From Acidobacteriota bacterium (GTDB taxonomy: Bacteria > Acidobacteriota > Vicinamibacteria > Vicinamibacterales > UBA2999): a stretch of DNA of 64,000 nucleotides. Location: the NCBI GenBank assembly GCA_947482665.1, contig CANKJK010000005.1:66674-130673 (forward strand). The letters run 5' to 3'. A model generated the notes under the pieces. It saw only the letters and a program-made list of their open reading frames with translations. It did no database searches and had not been told where the DNA came from. The translations under genes and the position numbers were made by a program. This document shows positions 43,446 to 52,433 of this stretch, one piece after another. Each line of letters begins with the position of its first letter. Positions within the stretch are counted from its first letter, which is position 1.

Positions 43446-44706
43446 GCGCGGCCTCCACCGTCCACTCCAGACGTGGCGAGACGAATCCGGTGCGGTTCAA
43501 CTTGCCCTTGGACGTCACCGCACCCTCCGTGGCCGTGTTGTAGGCCATGAATGACAACGCGCTGTAGACAACCAGCGTGTACTCGCGCGCCTGCCCCTCA
43601 CGGAGCGTCGTCACGCTGACGTTGACGGTGTAATTGATGTCCGCGAGCAGATGCGCCGGAATCCGGGCCATGAGCGAATACATCCCCGGCTCCAGGATTT
43701 CCAGCCACTCGGTGGCCTGCGCCCGAAACACCAGCTGGTTTTTGGCCAGCAAATCGAGTCCACCCCGGACGGACACCCGCTTGAACGCCTCGAGGTCGAT
43801 GCGCACGAACACATCTTCCGTCGTGGGCGCGGCGCCGATCTCCTTGCCGGCTGCCGAGAGGAGCTTCACGCCCCTGATGGAGCAGAAGCGGCTCTCCTGG
43901 CGGCCACGCTCGTAGCGCGTCGCCTCGGAGTTGTCCCAGACCGAGGCCTGATACTCGGCGACGACCTCCTCGGGCTCCCCGAGGCTGGCCACCGTCCCCT
44001 TGTTGAGCCAGATCACCTTGTTGCAGACGCGCACGATGGCGTCCATGTCGTGCGAGACGAAGAGCACGATCAGCCCTTCGCGGCCGGCCTGCGCGACACG
44101 CTCGAGACACCGCTCCTGGAACACAAGATCCCCGACAGCCAGGATCTCGTCAGCCAGCAGGATCTGCGGGTTCATGTGAATGGCCACCGAGAACGCGAGC
44201 CGCAGGTTCATCCCGCTGGAGAAGTACTTGACCGGCTGATCGAGGAACTGGTCGATTTCGGCAAAGGCGAGGATGTCCCCCATCCGCTCCATCACCTCGG
44301 CCTTCGGCATGCCATGCATCGCGGCGTTCATGATCACGTTCTCCCGCGCGGTCAGGTCGGCGTTGAAGCCCGCCCCGAGTTCGAGCAGCGAGACGACGCG
44401 GCCGCTACCGCGGACCCGGCCCTCGGTTGGCGGGGTCACACGCGCCAGAATCTTCAGGAGCGTGCTCTTGCCGGCGCCGTTCGGACCGATGACGCCGAGG
44501 ATCGTCCCTGGCTCGACCTCGAAGGAGGCGCTCCTGAGCGCCCAGAAGTCGCGCAGCGCCGGGTCCTCCGTGCTGCCGAACCAATCCCGTGCGCGCCGCA
44601 GGGCGCCGCGCCAGCCACCGCCGGTGTCGGCGCGCTCGACGGGGGCGCGGTCCAAGCGATACCGCTTGCCAAGGTCCTCGACGATCAGTTTTCCCTGACT
44701 ACTCAA
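43432..44706 (-). CDS. wzt: ABC polysaccharide export ATP-binding protein with C-terminal glycan-binding-type extension
   Basis: 424 aa with Walker A GPNGAGKSTLLK, signature FSSGMNLRLAF and Walker B ILLADEILAVGD. An extra beta-rich C-terminal domain of about 170 aa sits where Wzt carbohydrate-binding modules occur. TTG start at 44706 with GAGGAG 10 nt upstream. Confidence 0.85.
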   Translation of the reverse strand: MSSQGKLIVEDLGKRYRLDRAPVERADTGGGWRGALRRARDWFGSTEDPALRDFWALRSASFEVEPGTILGVIGPNGAGKSTLLKILARVTPPTEGRVRGSGRVVSLLELGAGFNADLTARENVIMNAAMHGMPKAEVMERMGDILAFAEIDQFLDQPVKYFSSGMNLRLAFSVAIHMNPQILLADEILAVGDLVFQERCLERVAQAGREGLIVLFVSHDMDAIVRVCNKVIWLNKGTVASLGEPEEVVAEYQASVWDNSEATRYERGRQESRFCSIRGVKLLSAAGKEIGAAPTTEDVFVRIDLEAFKRVSVRGGLDLLAKNQLVFRAQATEWLEILEPGMYSLMARIPAHLLADINYTVNVSVTTLREGQAREYTLVVYSALSFMAYNTATEGAVTSKGKLNRTGFVSPRLEWTVEAAHVPA

Positions 44707-44713
44707 CCTGTTC

Positions 44714-45166
44714 TCACTCCTCTGACTGGCCGCCCGAGATTCGCCGCCTCACGCCGCCCGCCAGGCCTCGCACCTTCCCGGCTGTGCGACGAAGCGGACG
44801 GCCCATCATCCGGCTCGCTCCACGTCGCACCCGCCGGACTGCCGTGTCGGCGTTCTTGCCGACCGCACGTCGAAACCGCCGCCAGCGACGGCCGCCATCC
44901 TCAACACCGTGTCTCCACGCACGCGCTACCCGGTGGCGCCTTCGCCAGCGTTCATCAAACCAGAGCGCGGTGACGAACCAGCCGCGCCGCCCCCTCGCAC
45001 CCACGCGTGCCGCGACGGCAGGCACGGCGCGGGCGCCGTCAATCACGCCATACGGCACGGCCATGACCGCCACCACGACCCCGACCAGCGCCACGATCAG
45101 CCAGGCCCACGCCGGACGGGACGGCGCTCCGGAACCTCCGGCGGCGTCAGCGGGCTGGGCACTCAC
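44714..45166 (-). CDS. Small single-pass membrane protein with extremely Arg-rich tail (hypothetical)
   Basis: Track ORF 44714..45238 trimmed to GTG 45166 (GTGA overlap with the C1 stop), giving 150 aa. Helix AWAWLIVALVGVVVAVMAVPYGVI, then RRWRRFRRAVGKNADTAVRRVRRGASRMMGRPLRRTAGKVRGLAGGVRRRI. Coding status rests on the coupling geometry and on GC-rich third codon positions seen by eye. Confidence 0.5.
   Translation of the reverse strand: MSAQPADAAGGSGAPSRPAWAWLIVALVGVVVAVMAVPYGVIDGARAVPAVAARVGARGRRGWFVTALWFDERWRRRHRVARAWRHGVEDGGRRWRRFRRAVGKNADTAVRRVRRGASRMMGRPLRRTAGKVRGLAGGVRRRISGGQSEE
44717..44722 (-). promoter_or_regulatory. Shine-Dalgarno (GAGGAG) for wzt
   Basis: GAGGAG lies immediately before the TGA of the upstream small ORF, 10 nt upstream of TTG 44706. 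Confidence 0.55.
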
Positions 45167-46458
45167 CGTCCGGCACCGGCGTCCGCCTGAAACCGCACCA
45201 GCGCCCCGTCCCCCAGGAACCCTCCGTCGGCGCCCCACTTCCGGACGTAACCGAACTCAGCCCGCAAGCCATCCGCGGCCTCGGTGGCCATCGCGCGGAA
45301 CACGTTCTGCCCATCTGCGTCAGCCGGCTCCCCGACGCGTTCCAGTATCTCGTACGCCGCCAGGAGGATTTCCTCGCCCGTGTTGTCCCGGTAGACGTAC
45401 CGCCCCGGGTTCCGAAGTCCGCCCGCATAGTCGCGGCCCAGCAGGTCACGGGCCGTCAGGGACCCGCGTGCCGGGTCCTCAACGTGCTTCAAGAGAAACA
45501 GGCTGGAAGCACGGACGGGATAGGAGCCGATCGGATCGGTGGCATTGACGGTCAGCAGGGCCGTGCCCGCCAGATAGCTGGCGGCGCTGGGGCCCGACTC
45601 CCCGGAAATCAGGATGCGGCTCCTCAGCAGACAGTAGACCTGCAACAACGGGTCGTTGGCCGGCGATGCCGGCAGATCGAAGACGCCCGGGTGACGAAGG
45701 GGGGTCATGCTCGCGTCGCCGATGCGGACCACCGTGAAGCCCTTCTCCACCAGCATGTCGATCGCCGGGCCATAGGTTTCAATGCGCGCGTTTCGAAGAG
45801 AGTCGTCGCGATAGCCCTTCGCGGCCCCGTGCATCTGCGGCTTCTGATGAACCTCACGCCCGCCCCGCTTGTAGCCAGCCTCGCGGGCGTGAATCGTGAC
45901 CAGCGGTCCCTCAAGCGGCAATCCGGCGGCGCGCGCCAGCGCTTCGGCGCGCCGAAGGGCCTCGGGCCTGAGTGCGACGGGGATGGCCGCGCGGATCAGG
46001 CGGCGCCGGAAGTAGGGCGGCTGGAATCCCCGATGCTGCAGCCGGGTCCGGTGGCCGAGCCCCTGCTTCAGACCGCGCAGATGCCTGGCCAGCGTCGGTG
46101 GGAGCGGCGAATGATCGATGTGAAAGGTAACGGCGCGAGCCAGTTGGTCGAAGCATGACTCGACGACGGCATCCGCCGCGAACCGCCCGCCCCGCGTCAG
46201 CCCCGCAAGGCCAAGCCGCAGGCGAGCGAGGGGACGCAACACCGCTGGCAACCGGCGGAGCGGCACGTCCGGACACTCCACGTCGAGCAGCGCGGGGTTG
46301 GCAGCGCCCGCCGGAGGAACGAGCCACACGGAGGCGCCGCTCGCACGTGCCGCCGAGAGCGCCATGGCCCACTCCAGCGCGAGGTGCCCGAACTGGCGGC
46401 CGTCAGGGCACACCAGCAGCACCCGACGGCCGATGGGCGCCATGAAGTCAATGCGCAT
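45163..46458 (-). CDS. FamC paralog C1: putative glycosyltransferase-like protein, family unassigned
   Basis: 431 aa. Family blocks: LVTIHAREAGYK, DDSLRNARIETYGPAIDMLVEKGFTVVRIGDASMTP, RSRILISGESGPSAASYLAGTALLTVNAT, NTGEEIL and YVRKWGADGGFLGDG. Confidence 0.65.
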   Translation of the reverse strand: MRIDFMAPIGRRVLLVCPDGRQFGHLALEWAMALSAARASGASVWLVPPAGAANPALLDVECPDVPLRRLPAVLRPLARLRLGLAGLTRGGRFAADAVVESCFDQLARAVTFHIDHSPLPPTLARHLRGLKQGLGHRTRLQHRGFQPPYFRRRLIRAAIPVALRPEALRRAEALARAAGLPLEGPLVTIHAREAGYKRGGREVHQKPQMHGAAKGYRDDSLRNARIETYGPAIDMLVEKGFTVVRIGDASMTPLRHPGVFDLPASPANDPLLQVYCLLRSRILISGESGPSAASYLAGTALLTVNATDPIGSYPVRASSLFLLKHVEDPARGSLTARDLLGRDYAGGLRNPGRYVYRDNTGEEILLAAYEILERVGEPADADGQNVFRAMATEAADGLRAEFGYVRKWGADGGFLGDGALVRFQADAGAGR

Positions 46459-46505
46459 GGTTCAGCGCCAACCGCCTCCCACCGGGCAGGATGCTGGCGA
46501 GCCGT

Positions 46506-48365
46506 TCACCGCTCTGGCCGCTCGCTTACCGGTGTCGGCTTCGACGTCACCTTCCGCGCCGAGGCGGCACGGTCCGCTGCGGCCGCCCGCGACCGGCGCT
46601 TCCGCCACTTGCGCAGCTCGGCCGGCGCCCGGCGCAATCCGAGGGGCACATTCTTCGCCTGACGGGCGATGCGGCGCAGCGTCTCGCTCGGAGTCCGACG
46701 TTTGGCGGGCGGCGCGCCGCGGACTGAAGCACGCTTCCTCCGAAGCTCAGCGGAGGCTTGACGCGCCCGCTGCCACTCAGTGAATGCGGCGGCGGCCCGC
46801 AATCTCCCGACATAGGCGCGGATAGCCAGCCACACAAACGGAAACACGACCCACCACCATAGGGGATGGCCGGAGTCCGACTCCTTGCTCCAGCACCAGG
46901 CGATCAGGGGGGCCAACGGACGCGTCAGCCACTTCTGTATGACCACATCGGAGGGTGCGGCGCCTGTGCGTCTCGGCCGGTAGTCCGCAAGGCGCTCGAT
47001 CTCGCGGACGAGGCGCGGCGTGGCCGGCTGGTCCAGCCCGTGGGGGCGGACGAACCGACCGACGAAGGCTCGGCTCCGGGCCACCATGGCACTGGCGTCG
47101 GTAAGCGCTTCCTCCAGATCCCTGAGATGCGCGTCGAGTGTCGGTGCCACGCGAAGCAGCCCCGCGTCGGGATCGGCAAGGTGCTGAAAGTGAAGTGTGC
47201 CCGCCTGCGAGTGCGCGAACTCCTGAACCGTCACCGTGCAGACCGGGCGGCCCACGATGGCGGCTTCAATGAGCGCGCTGGTGTTCACGCCGACCACGAC
47301 GGCACAGTGGTACAGCGAATCGAAGAAGTCGTCCTTGAACTCTGGATCGAACGGGTCCGCGCCGAACGGCGGCCAGACGGCCACGCGATCCAGTCTGGCG
47401 ACGTCACTCTTCAACCACTGCACGGTGTTGTTCGGATGCGGGCGGACCAGGATCGGCGCTTGCGATAACCGCGAGGACGTGGAGGCGCGGATCGCCGCGA
47501 TCCACCGTTGGGCGAACTCGGCCTCGTTGGGCGCGATGAAGTAGGACGACCCGAGATACAGAATCCCGGGTACGTCGGTCGGCAGGCCCGTTCTCACGCC
47601 GAACGCCTCTCGGTCCCGCCGCGGCTGCCACTCGAACCAGGAGTCGAAGATCTGGGCACCGGTCACGGTGACGCGCTCCGCGGGGACGTCGTGGAACGAG
47701 ACGGCCTCCTGCTTCTGCGCGTCATTCCAGACGAACACCCGGTCGGGCACAACCCGCATGAGGCCCTTGTTGGTGAGGTTGTCCCAACTCGCCACGCACA
47801 GCGCGGACGGGATGCCCCGCTCGCGAGCCGCGCGAACGTAATCCGGCTGATCGGAACCCACGTCGACCAGCGGCGTCAACAGAATCAGGTCGGGCTGTTC
47901 GGCGTCCAGGAACGCACCGATCGCGGTGGACGACGGCACCGTCCGCTCGAGGACCTTCGTCAGCCGGCGGAGGGCACGCACCCCTGGCTGACCGAACAAC
48001 CGGGCGAAGCCGGCGATCCGCAGAAATGAGCGTGGGACGAGCTTCTCGACGCGGTCACGGAGCCGGTCGGCCTGGGCATACCGGGGGTCCAGGTAGCGCA
48101 GAAAGTCGAGGAAGGTCCGCAGCGACCGGACCACGACGGTCCAGACGCCCGGCTCGCGGCGCCGCGCAACGGACCCGGTTACCGCGGCGCAGTCGGCCAC
48201 CAACCGCTGCAGCAGCACATTTTCGCCCAGCTTGTTGCGATCCAGCTCATGGACGATGTGAATCGTGTGCCCCTGACGGGCGAGCTGTCGCAGCGCGGCG
48301 TCGTAGTTGCGGACGAACCCCGCGTGCAGCATGACGAAGAGGATCCGCAATGGGCGCTGACTCAC
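46506..48365 (-). CDS. FamA paralog A7 with hydrophobic segment and Arg-rich C-terminal tail
   Basis: Track ORF 46506..48431 trimmed to GTG 48365 (GTGA overlap), giving 619 aa. LRILFVMLHAGFVRNYDA, VASWDNLTNK, ILVRPHP, HSQAGTLHFQHLA and FVGRFVRPHGL. The tail is HPLWWWVVFPFVWLAIRAYV followed by RKRASVRGAPPAKRRTP...RKWRKRRSRAAAADRAA. Confidence 0.7.
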   Translation of the reverse strand: MSQRPLRILFVMLHAGFVRNYDAALRQLARQGHTIHIVHELDRNKLGENVLLQRLVADCAAVTGSVARRREPGVWTVVVRSLRTFLDFLRYLDPRYAQADRLRDRVEKLVPRSFLRIAGFARLFGQPGVRALRRLTKVLERTVPSSTAIGAFLDAEQPDLILLTPLVDVGSDQPDYVRAARERGIPSALCVASWDNLTNKGLMRVVPDRVFVWNDAQKQEAVSFHDVPAERVTVTGAQIFDSWFEWQPRRDREAFGVRTGLPTDVPGILYLGSSYFIAPNEAEFAQRWIAAIRASTSSRLSQAPILVRPHPNNTVQWLKSDVARLDRVAVWPPFGADPFDPEFKDDFFDSLYHCAVVVGVNTSALIEAAIVGRPVCTVTVQEFAHSQAGTLHFQHLADPDAGLLRVAPTLDAHLRDLEEALTDASAMVARSRAFVGRFVRPHGLDQPATPRLVREIERLADYRPRRTGAAPSDVVIQKWLTRPLAPLIAWCWSKESDSGHPLWWWVVFPFVWLAIRAYVGRLRAAAAFTEWQRARQASAELRRKRASVRGAPPAKRRTPSETLRRIARQAKNVPLGLRRAPAELRKWRKRRSRAAAADRAASARKVTSKPTPVSERPER

Positions 48366-49636
48366 TGGTTCCGCTCCGCGTAGAACCGGCACACGAGCCC
48401 GTCGCCAATGAACCCCCGATCCGAGCCCCACTTGCGCACGTAGTTCAGTGAGGTGCGGAACTGCTCGCCGGCCTCGGCCGCCAGATCACGGAAGCGGACC
48501 TGCTCCGGCGTCTCATGACGAACACCGCCCGTCCACTCCAGCATCTCGAGCACCGCCGACCGAATCTCCTCGGGCGTGTTTTCCTGATAGGTGAAGCGGG
48601 CCACATTCCGCAGGTTGCTCAGATGATCCTCGCTCACGAGTTCGCCGAGGGAGAGGGGCCGCCGGGTCGTCCGGTCGAGCACCGTTTTCGGGATGAAGAG
48701 TCCGTCAGCGCGAATCGGATACGAACTGATCGGGTCGGTCGCGTTCACAGTCAGGAGCGGCGTTCCAGTCAGGTAGCACACGCCGACGGGGCCGGCCTCC
48801 CCCGAGATGAAGAAGGCGCTGCGCAGCATGCAGTACAGCTCGAGGAGATTGCTGCGCCGGTCGCTCGTGGCCAGGTCCACGACACCGGCGCGCGCGATGG
48901 GCGTCATGCTCGGGTCCCCGAGCCGCACGACCACGAACCCACGGGACACCAGTTCGTCGATCGCGTCGTGATAGTGCGCGATCTGGGCATTGCGGGTCGA
49001 GTCGTCCCTGGACCCGGGCTTGGCGTCCTGCATCTCGCGGCCGAACTTCCAGCCGGCTTCGCGGACATGCAGGGTGACGATGGGCGCATCGGGATCAAGC
49101 CCAACGGCCTGCGCCGATGCGCGCGCCGCCGCCAGCGCGGCCGGACGGAGGTGAACCCCCTGGCGCTCCCGCAGCAGGCGGCGCTGGTAGTAGAGAGGAG
49201 GGCCCACGGCGCGTGGCTTGGGATCACCAAGGCGCTTGATCCAGCGTTGTGCCTTCTTGATGCCGTCCTGCACCGACTTCCGGCCCCGATTGGCGTCCAG
49301 TTGGCCGTCAAGCATCAGGGTCGCCTCGCGACGGCTCACGGCCCAGAAACGCGTCAGGAAGGCGGCGGCGGAATCCCTGCCGTCCGCGCACATCCAAGCC
49401 GTGCGCACCAGCGCACGCGCGACAGGTCCACGCAGGACGGTCACATCGTCCGGCTCGATCTCGAACATCGCTTCGGACACGACCTGGCGGGGCCGCAGAA
49501 AGCAGACGGCCGCCGCCTCGCGCTTTGCCAGCGCGAATGACATCGCCATCTCGAGACCCTGGTGACCGTACTGCCGTACGTTCAGGTGCGTGCCCAGCAC
49601 ACGCCTTCGCGGAAACTCGAACAACCTGTAGAGCAT
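48362..49636 (-). CDS. FamC paralog C2
   Basis: 424 aa with [81 protein letters not shown] and YVRKWGSDRGFIGDG. Confidence 0.65.
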   Translation of the reverse strand: MLYRLFEFPRRRVLGTHLNVRQYGHQGLEMAMSFALAKREAAAVCFLRPRQVVSEAMFEIEPDDVTVLRGPVARALVRTAWMCADGRDSAAAFLTRFWAVSRREATLMLDGQLDANRGRKSVQDGIKKAQRWIKRLGDPKPRAVGPPLYYQRRLLRERQGVHLRPAALAAARASAQAVGLDPDAPIVTLHVREAGWKFGREMQDAKPGSRDDSTRNAQIAHYHDAIDELVSRGFVVVRLGDPSMTPIARAGVVDLATSDRRSNLLELYCMLRSAFFISGEAGPVGVCYLTGTPLLTVNATDPISSYPIRADGLFIPKTVLDRTTRRPLSLGELVSEDHLSNLRNVARFTYQENTPEEIRSAVLEMLEWTGGVRHETPEQVRFRDLAAEAGEQFRTSLNYVRKWGSDRGFIGDGLVCRFYAERNQ

Positions 49637-49645
49637 GAGCGGCGG

Positions 49646-50902
49646 TTACCCCTCGTCCAGAAACCGGGCGGCAAAGGTTGCGCCGATGCGTCCGTGTCCC
49701 AGCAACTGGTGTGCCGGCTCTCCCTTGCGGATGCGTCCCGCGGCCACCAGCGGCGAATCGTACATCGCGGTGGCGAGGTCGTGGAACGTCTCCTGAGCCG
49801 GCGTGGTTCCGGTTCGGCTGCCCGCGACAACGGCGAGCAGTTCGTCGACGCCCTCGACAAGTTCGGAGGGCGTGTTGTCTTCAAACGCGTACCGCTCCAG
49901 GTCCTTGCGGTGCGCGAAGTAATCGGGTGACAGCATCTCACGTAACGAGAGCCGCCGCCCCGTCTGCCGGTCGACCGCGTGCTTGACCAGATACCGGTCC
50001 CCGGAATGGATGGGATATCCGCCAAGGATGTTGGTGACGTTGACGGCCAGACACGGCACACCGGTCAGATAGCTCGTGACGTACGGACCGGAATCGCAGG
50101 CCACGAACAGCGCGCTCCGCATCAGGAGCGCGAACTCCAGTTCCCCGGTTCGCGCCGGAGACGTCGCCACGTCGACCACGCCCGGTTGGGAGAATGGCGA
50201 CATGGACGGGTCACCAATCCTCGCGACGACATACCCGTTGCCGGTCAGCCGCTCGCAGAGCGCCCGGTAATCATCGATGCGTGCATTCCGAATGGCATCG
50301 ACCGGCGCCTCTTGCCCCTGCTTGAAGCCGGATTCCCGTACGTGGAGCGTCACCAGTGGCGCGTCCCGGCCGATGCCGAGCCTCGCGGCCGCGCGGTCTG
50401 CGCGGTCCTGCAGGTCGGCCGGCAGCCGGAACTGGAGGGGCTCCCTCGCATAGCACGCGCGAAAGTCGAGACCGCGGAAGTCTGGGACTGCGGAGCCGAT
50501 CTCGGCCGCGTGCCGCCCCATGTACCCCTTGAACTGCTTCCGCCACCCCTTGGCCGCGGGATATCGCCCGGCCAGCACACCGAGCCAGTCCAGCAGCGTC
50601 CGCTCACCCGCCGCCCGCCGTGCCGCGGACCACTGGCGCCAGCTGCGCTGCCGGCGCAGCTTCCCTTCCGCCGCCAGGGCCCGCTGGGCCTCGGCGCCTC
50701 TGAGGATCTCCGCATCCTGGCATTCGAGCGAAAACACCGCCGGATTGGCGGGCGCCTCGTCGAGCACGAATGTCACGGCCCCGCCCAGCGCCTGGGCCAG
50801 ATGGATGCCCATCAGGAACTCTAGGACCTGATGCCCCAGCGAGCCGCGCCGCGGCCGCACAACCACGACGGGGCGCTCCCCGGGCAGTACCGAAAAATTC
50901 AT
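49646..50902 (-). CDS. FamC paralog C3
   Basis: 418 aa with ATGA overlap with the C4 stop. LVTLHVRESGFKQGQE, IRNARIDDYRALCERLTGNGYVVARIGDPSMSP and RSALFVACDSGPYVTSYLTGVPCLAVNVT. Confidence 0.65.
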   Translation of the reverse strand: MNFSVLPGERPVVVVRPRRGSLGHQVLEFLMGIHLAQALGGAVTFVLDEAPANPAVFSLECQDAEILRGAEAQRALAAEGKLRRQRSWRQWSAARRAAGERTLLDWLGVLAGRYPAAKGWRKQFKGYMGRHAAEIGSAVPDFRGLDFRACYAREPLQFRLPADLQDRADRAAARLGIGRDAPLVTLHVRESGFKQGQEAPVDAIRNARIDDYRALCERLTGNGYVVARIGDPSMSPFSQPGVVDVATSPARTGELEFALLMRSALFVACDSGPYVTSYLTGVPCLAVNVTNILGGYPIHSGDRYLVKHAVDRQTGRRLSLREMLSPDYFAHRKDLERYAFEDNTPSELVEGVDELLAVVAGSRTGTTPAQETFHDLATAMYDSPLVAAGRIRKGEPAHQLLGHGRIGATFAARFLDEG

Positions 50903-52353
50903 GCGTCGAAATGCACCGCCGCGAAGGCATGGACGACCCGGCCATCCCCGAGGAAGATCTCGGCGCTGCCCGTCTTCTCGAGCATCTTGGCCTGGCTCAA
51001 CGCGCCCTGGCGGGCCTTCCTGACCAGCCCCGCGTAGCGCCGCTGCGCCTCGGACTCGGGCGGTGCCGAACCGCCGACGGCGTCGAACATCTCACGCACG
51101 CCGGCCAGGATCTCCTCTGGTGTGTTGTCGACGTACTCCACCTCACCGGTCTTGAAGATGCGGCGGCGGATGCCGTAGATGAAGTCCTCGCGAAGCATGG
51201 TGACGAGCGGGACCAACTGCCCCGTCGCGATGTCCCGCAGGCGCTTGACCAGATAGCGATCCGCTGGACGCAGCGGAAATACGCCGAGCGTGTTCGTGAT
51301 ATTCACCGAGAGGCACGGCACCTCGAACAACCAGCTCAGCAGGTAGGGGCCCGAATCAGACGCGATGAAGAAGGCGCACCGCGCGAGGCACCACAGTTCG
51401 AGCGCCTGGGTCCGGCGCTGGTGCGTGGCCAGATCGATGACTCCCGCTCGCTCCAATGGCCTCATGCTGGGGTCGCCGATCCGCACCACGGTGTACCCAC
51501 GGGCCACGATCTCATCGATCGCCGGGATGAATGTCCCGATGTCCGCGTTGCGGACCGTGTCCTTTGAACGATCTTCGATACCCGCCGTGGCCTTGGTGCT
51601 CCCCTCGCGCACGTGCAGGACGACCAGCTTCTCCCGATCCAGCCCGAGGTCGGCGGCCACCGCCGCCGCGGCCGCCTCGTCCTCATCGGCCAGATGGGCG
51701 TGCAGGGGCTGGGTGAGGGACAGCTCTCGGATGTCGAAGCCGTGATGGACCTCGGAACGCCTGGGCAGAACGGGGCGAAGCTCCTCGAGCCAGTCATTCA
51801 CGCGGCCGCCGGTCTGCTTCCAGCGAACGCGTACATTCATCTTCGTCGCCGTGGTGTCCTGGAACTTCAGGCCCTCAATCGCGACCAGCCACGCCGGGAG
51901 AGGACGACGGCGATCTGTGTGGCACCAGCGAATGACGATACGCAGGAAGGTGTTCCACCTCCGTTTCGAGATGGCCTCGACGTCCGTGCACAGTTCCAGA
52001 AACCCGTTAACCCTCGGGTGCACGAACCGGAAGAGACGCTGGGCGAGGGAGATGCCGTGATTCCGCCAGTCCAAGACCCAGAGCCAGGCAGCCGAGGTCC
52101 GAAGACCAAGCAGGAACTTCGCGGTGGCGATCTGTCCGGCCGGAGAGCGCGGATCAATCCACGTGATGCCGGAACACCGCAAGCGCAGCAGGGGCGAGTC
52201 GGCCCTCTCCTCCGACCTGAGCAGCACCAGCGCCGCGCCGGAACTGCGGGCCACATGCAGGCTCACCAGCACGTCCGCCACCAGCAGACCCAGCGCCTGA
52301 TGGCGCGGCCGGCTGACCAGGACCCGCCTCCGCGATACGAACTGTGCGTCCAT
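50899..52353 (-). CDS. FamC paralog C4 (longest, about 60-aa insertion in N-terminal half)
   Basis: 484 aa with LVVLHVREGSTK, VRNADIGTFIPAIDEIVARGYTVVRIGDPSMRP and RCAFFIASDSGPYLLSWLFEVPCLSVNIT. Confidence 0.65.
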   Translation of the reverse strand: MDAQFVSRRRVLVSRPRHQALGLLVADVLVSLHVARSSGAALVLLRSEERADSPLLRLRCSGITWIDPRSPAGQIATAKFLLGLRTSAAWLWVLDWRNHGISLAQRLFRFVHPRVNGFLELCTDVEAISKRRWNTFLRIVIRWCHTDRRRPLPAWLVAIEGLKFQDTTATKMNVRVRWKQTGGRVNDWLEELRPVLPRRSEVHHGFDIRELSLTQPLHAHLADEDEAAAAAVAADLGLDREKLVVLHVREGSTKATAGIEDRSKDTVRNADIGTFIPAIDEIVARGYTVVRIGDPSMRPLERAGVIDLATHQRRTQALELWCLARCAFFIASDSGPYLLSWLFEVPCLSVNITNTLGVFPLRPADRYLVKRLRDIATGQLVPLVTMLREDFIYGIRRRIFKTGEVEYVDNTPEEILAGVREMFDAVGGSAPPESEAQRRYAGLVRKARQGALSQAKMLEKTGSAEIFLGDGRVVHAFAAVHFDA

Positions 52354-52433
52354 GGGATCAGCGCTCAGGGCTCAACGGCACGGTGGCGTACTTGCCCCTG
52401 AACTCGTGCGCCCGATCGCGGATTCGCCGGCCA

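Noticed and set aside
46459-46505. Short gaps (46459..46505 and 52354..52433) examined for promoters, SD sequences and hairpins.
   Set aside because: No -35/-10 pair approaching consensus was found. The only purine-rich SD-like element (GGGAGG) sits about 18 nt from the C1 ATG, which is too far. No stable hairpin is evident by eye.
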